Positions 61,662 through 64,000 of a stretch of 64,000 nucleotides of DNA are shown in pieces (the first letter of the stretch is position 1; each line of letters opens with the position of its first letter). Below the pieces are notes generated by a model that made no database searches, had not been told where the DNA came from, and worked only from the letters and a program-made list of their open reading frames with translations. The position numbers and the translations under genes are program-made. Location of the stretch: NCBI RefSeq assembly GCF_964355755.1, contig NC_092678.1, forward strand, positions 6,464,422-6,528,421, written 5' to 3'. This DNA comes from Antedon mediterranea (Eukaryota; Animalia; Echinodermata).

Positions 61662-62004
61662 AGATGTATTGTCCCCCTGAAAAAATAATTGCTAAAAAAA
61701 TTTTTGTTGAATATTCCATTTTAATGTAACGTAATAGTTATCCACTTTGACCAAAAATTGGGTCTAAAAAAAATGTATTTATCTGAAAAAAATTTAAAGC
61801 AAAAAATGGTCAAATTGGCTGCCAGCCAATGGATATTTGGTTGAATTTAACCATTTATTTTGTCAGTTTACAAGTGAAAACATTATTTTTTTCCCCGTTT
61901 TTTTTTCTACGGAATTGATAACTTTATATTGACTACAAAATAAGGTATTCAAAGTCTGATTTAATTCATCTTCATTTTTCATGTTTTTGGGGGACAATAC
62001 ATCT
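61662..62004. mobile_element. Kolobok-like (TTAA-targeting) MITE, family copy 2
   Basis: Perfect TIR AGATGTATTGTCCCCC flanked by TTAA on both sides. Confidence 0.85.
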
Positions 62005-62108
62005 TTAATAGATTTTAGCTAGATCTCAATGAAATGAGTTAGGAAAAGGACAATTGAAAAGCGTTTGTATTTGAGGCTATAAGTACAGTTTTTAGTCGCA
62101 TACAACGC

Positions 62109-62497
62109 GACTATACAGCTCACTATGTTGGTTGGTCAAGACTAACTTGAGCACGCGCGACTGCAGGCATGTATATGGCCTTGTTTTGTACATAGCCTCA
62201 CTTGTGACTGATTAACCTATAGAGAATGAGTAAGTAAGCCCAGCAAATAAAAGGACAGCCCCCTATCCCAATAACAAAAAATCAAACTGAGTAAATTACC
62301 CAGACTATACAGCTCACTATGTTGGTTGGTCAAGACTAACTTGAGCACGCGCGACTGCAGGCATGTATATGGCCTTGTTTTGTACATAGCCTCACTTGTG
62401 ACTGATTAACCTATAGAGAATGAGTAAGTAAGCCCAGCAAATAAAAGGACATCCCCCTATCCCAATAACAAAAAATCAAACTGAGTAAATTACCCAG
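62109..62497. repeat. Near-perfect tandem duplication, two units of about 194 bp
   Basis: GACTATACAGCTCACTATGTTGG at 62109 and 62303; only one mismatch noticed. Confidence 0.93.
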
Positions 62498-62879
62498 CCT
62501 AGCCCCTTAATACTGTGACTGATTAAGCATCAGAGAATGTATTTCTTTTTAACATCTGTGCTTCTATGATAGATTAGTATATGAATGACTAGAATGATCC
62601 ATCAGTCATTATAGAAAAGAGCCACACATTGAAGATAATGTAAGGAGACATTGAGAATGTTGAGTAGATAAGAATAAGAGTATATGACAAAGTACAAAAC
62701 AGAATATCATAATGACATATGTTTTATAGGTACTGTAAAGAAATAACATGATTTGTTTTTAAATGTAGCTAAGATGACATAATCAGTTTAACTGAAAATT
62801 GATGAATTTTGGATTACGCCCTCTATGGACCTACAAACAGAAGGCAACAGTGCAATGCTTACCAAGAACATCTCAACTA

Positions 62880-62985
62880 GTGATAATCCCCTACTCGTTT
62901 CGAATATTGTTCCATGTTCTTTATTGTGCATTAAACCACACACAGAACCAACAGACGTATGTCCCATCCGAAGGATGAGGTATTC
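62880..62985 (-). mobile_element. tRNA-derived SINE body fragment (family of 39045)
   Basis: CCATGTTCTTTATTGTGCA...ACCAACAG..TATGTCCCATCCGAAGGATGAGG. Confidence 0.55.
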
Positions 62986-63069
62986 CTCATATATCATAAA
63001 CACAGATAAAAACACAGATGTCTCACACATTGGTACTGTATACCATCATGGCATGTCGTTCTAACAATG

Positions 63070-63146
63070 GTGTAAATTGTGCTCTAATGGTAGGACATCT
63101 ACATATCAAGCAGAAGGTTCCGAGTTCGATTCCCTGTTGGTGCTGC
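63070..63146 (+). other. Degenerate tRNA-like sequence (repeat-embedded), copy 2
   Basis: CTCTAATGGTAGG..TCTAC ATATCAA GCAGA AGGTT..GAGTTCGATTCCC; homologous to 18443-18516. Confidence 0.55.
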
Positions 63147-64000
63147 CTTTTCTCATTCTCAAAGATTTTCTCATCCTTTCTTCTAAATTAATTAACATTC
63201 AGAATAAACACTTGAGTGGTTCAGAATTTGTCAATTTATAATGTTTTAAAATTGTTACTAATACTACATTTCTCATTCAAGGTTTTTGTCTACTCCTTAC
63301 TAAAATTAGAAGCATCTACCTCTATAAATTTTAGATTGTATGCAGATACTATTAAGCTACTATATTTTAGTTTCATGGTAATTAATATATGTATGATAGT
63401 TATAAACACCATCATTAATAAGAAGGGTAGAAATTAAGTGATAGAATAACAAAAGTGCTGAAAGAGTTGATTAAGGGACTGTACATTAGCTTGGTGTTAA
63501 GTTTTGATTGATGCTTTTAAGACTTAACACATTGGTTGCTATGAACCCGGTGACCCACATCTGTGACCTACTTTGCTGGATATATTACATACTTCATTGA
63601 TGAGATTGAGGATGATTGATTGATAGATATGATATTGATGGCAGTATTCATATCTTGATTTTGAAATTAAAACCAAATAGGTCTACCCTAAAATTAATGT
63701 CAAGCTCACATTAAAGATTAATAATCTAATATTCAAATTAGTTTACTAAATATTATAAATCATATGAAAATTGTAGCAAATATGCCAATGTTGTCTTGTA
63801 TTATCAAGGCTTTATCTCGTTTTTGAGTTTCGATTCATTAAATGAGAACTTTTCTTGATGTGTGCTGTGGTCGATTATGACATCATAGTCTAAATTTAGT
63901 AAATACTTTACTTTACAGTTGAACCCCTGCACCAGTATTTAATGAACAAGAGGAAATATATGTTTTAATATTACAGCCAACACTTATTCAAGGAACGCTT

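Noticed and set aside
63070-63146. Functional tRNA gene
   Set aside because: Acceptor and anticodon stems are mismatched and the loop is atypical; treated as repeat-derived.

Overview
AT-rich eukaryotic (invertebrate animal; echinoderm-like by inference only) genomic DNA. It carries the promoter and first three coding exons of one + strand host gene, a PDZRN3/PDZRN4 (LNX3/4)-family RING-TRAF zinc finger-PDZ E3 ligase (exons 7274-7978, 15202-15285, 29613-29711, all phase-0 GT-AG introns). No exon 4 was found, so intron 3 appears to run past the window end. The rest is intronic or upstream DNA densely filled with mobile elements: a 5'-truncated L2/CR1-group LINE with an uninterrupted RT ORF, LINE 3' remnants, tRNA-derived SINE-like elements, and many non-autonomous TIR elements (Tc1/mariner-pogo with TA TSD, PIF/Harbinger with 3-bp TSD, Kolobok-like with TTAA, P-like with 7-bp TSD), plus several minisatellites. 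I see no convincing new multi-gene system. The most notable signals concern transposon biology: a 31-bp TIR-only palindrome with a 7-bp TSD resembling a P-element excision footprint, strong over-representation of TAGGCCTA and TAC(A/T)GTA (candidate excision scars), minisatellites grown from MITE subterminal repeats, and repeated nesting of one MITE family in another. All calls were made by eye; superfamily assignments rest on TIR/TSD signatures only.
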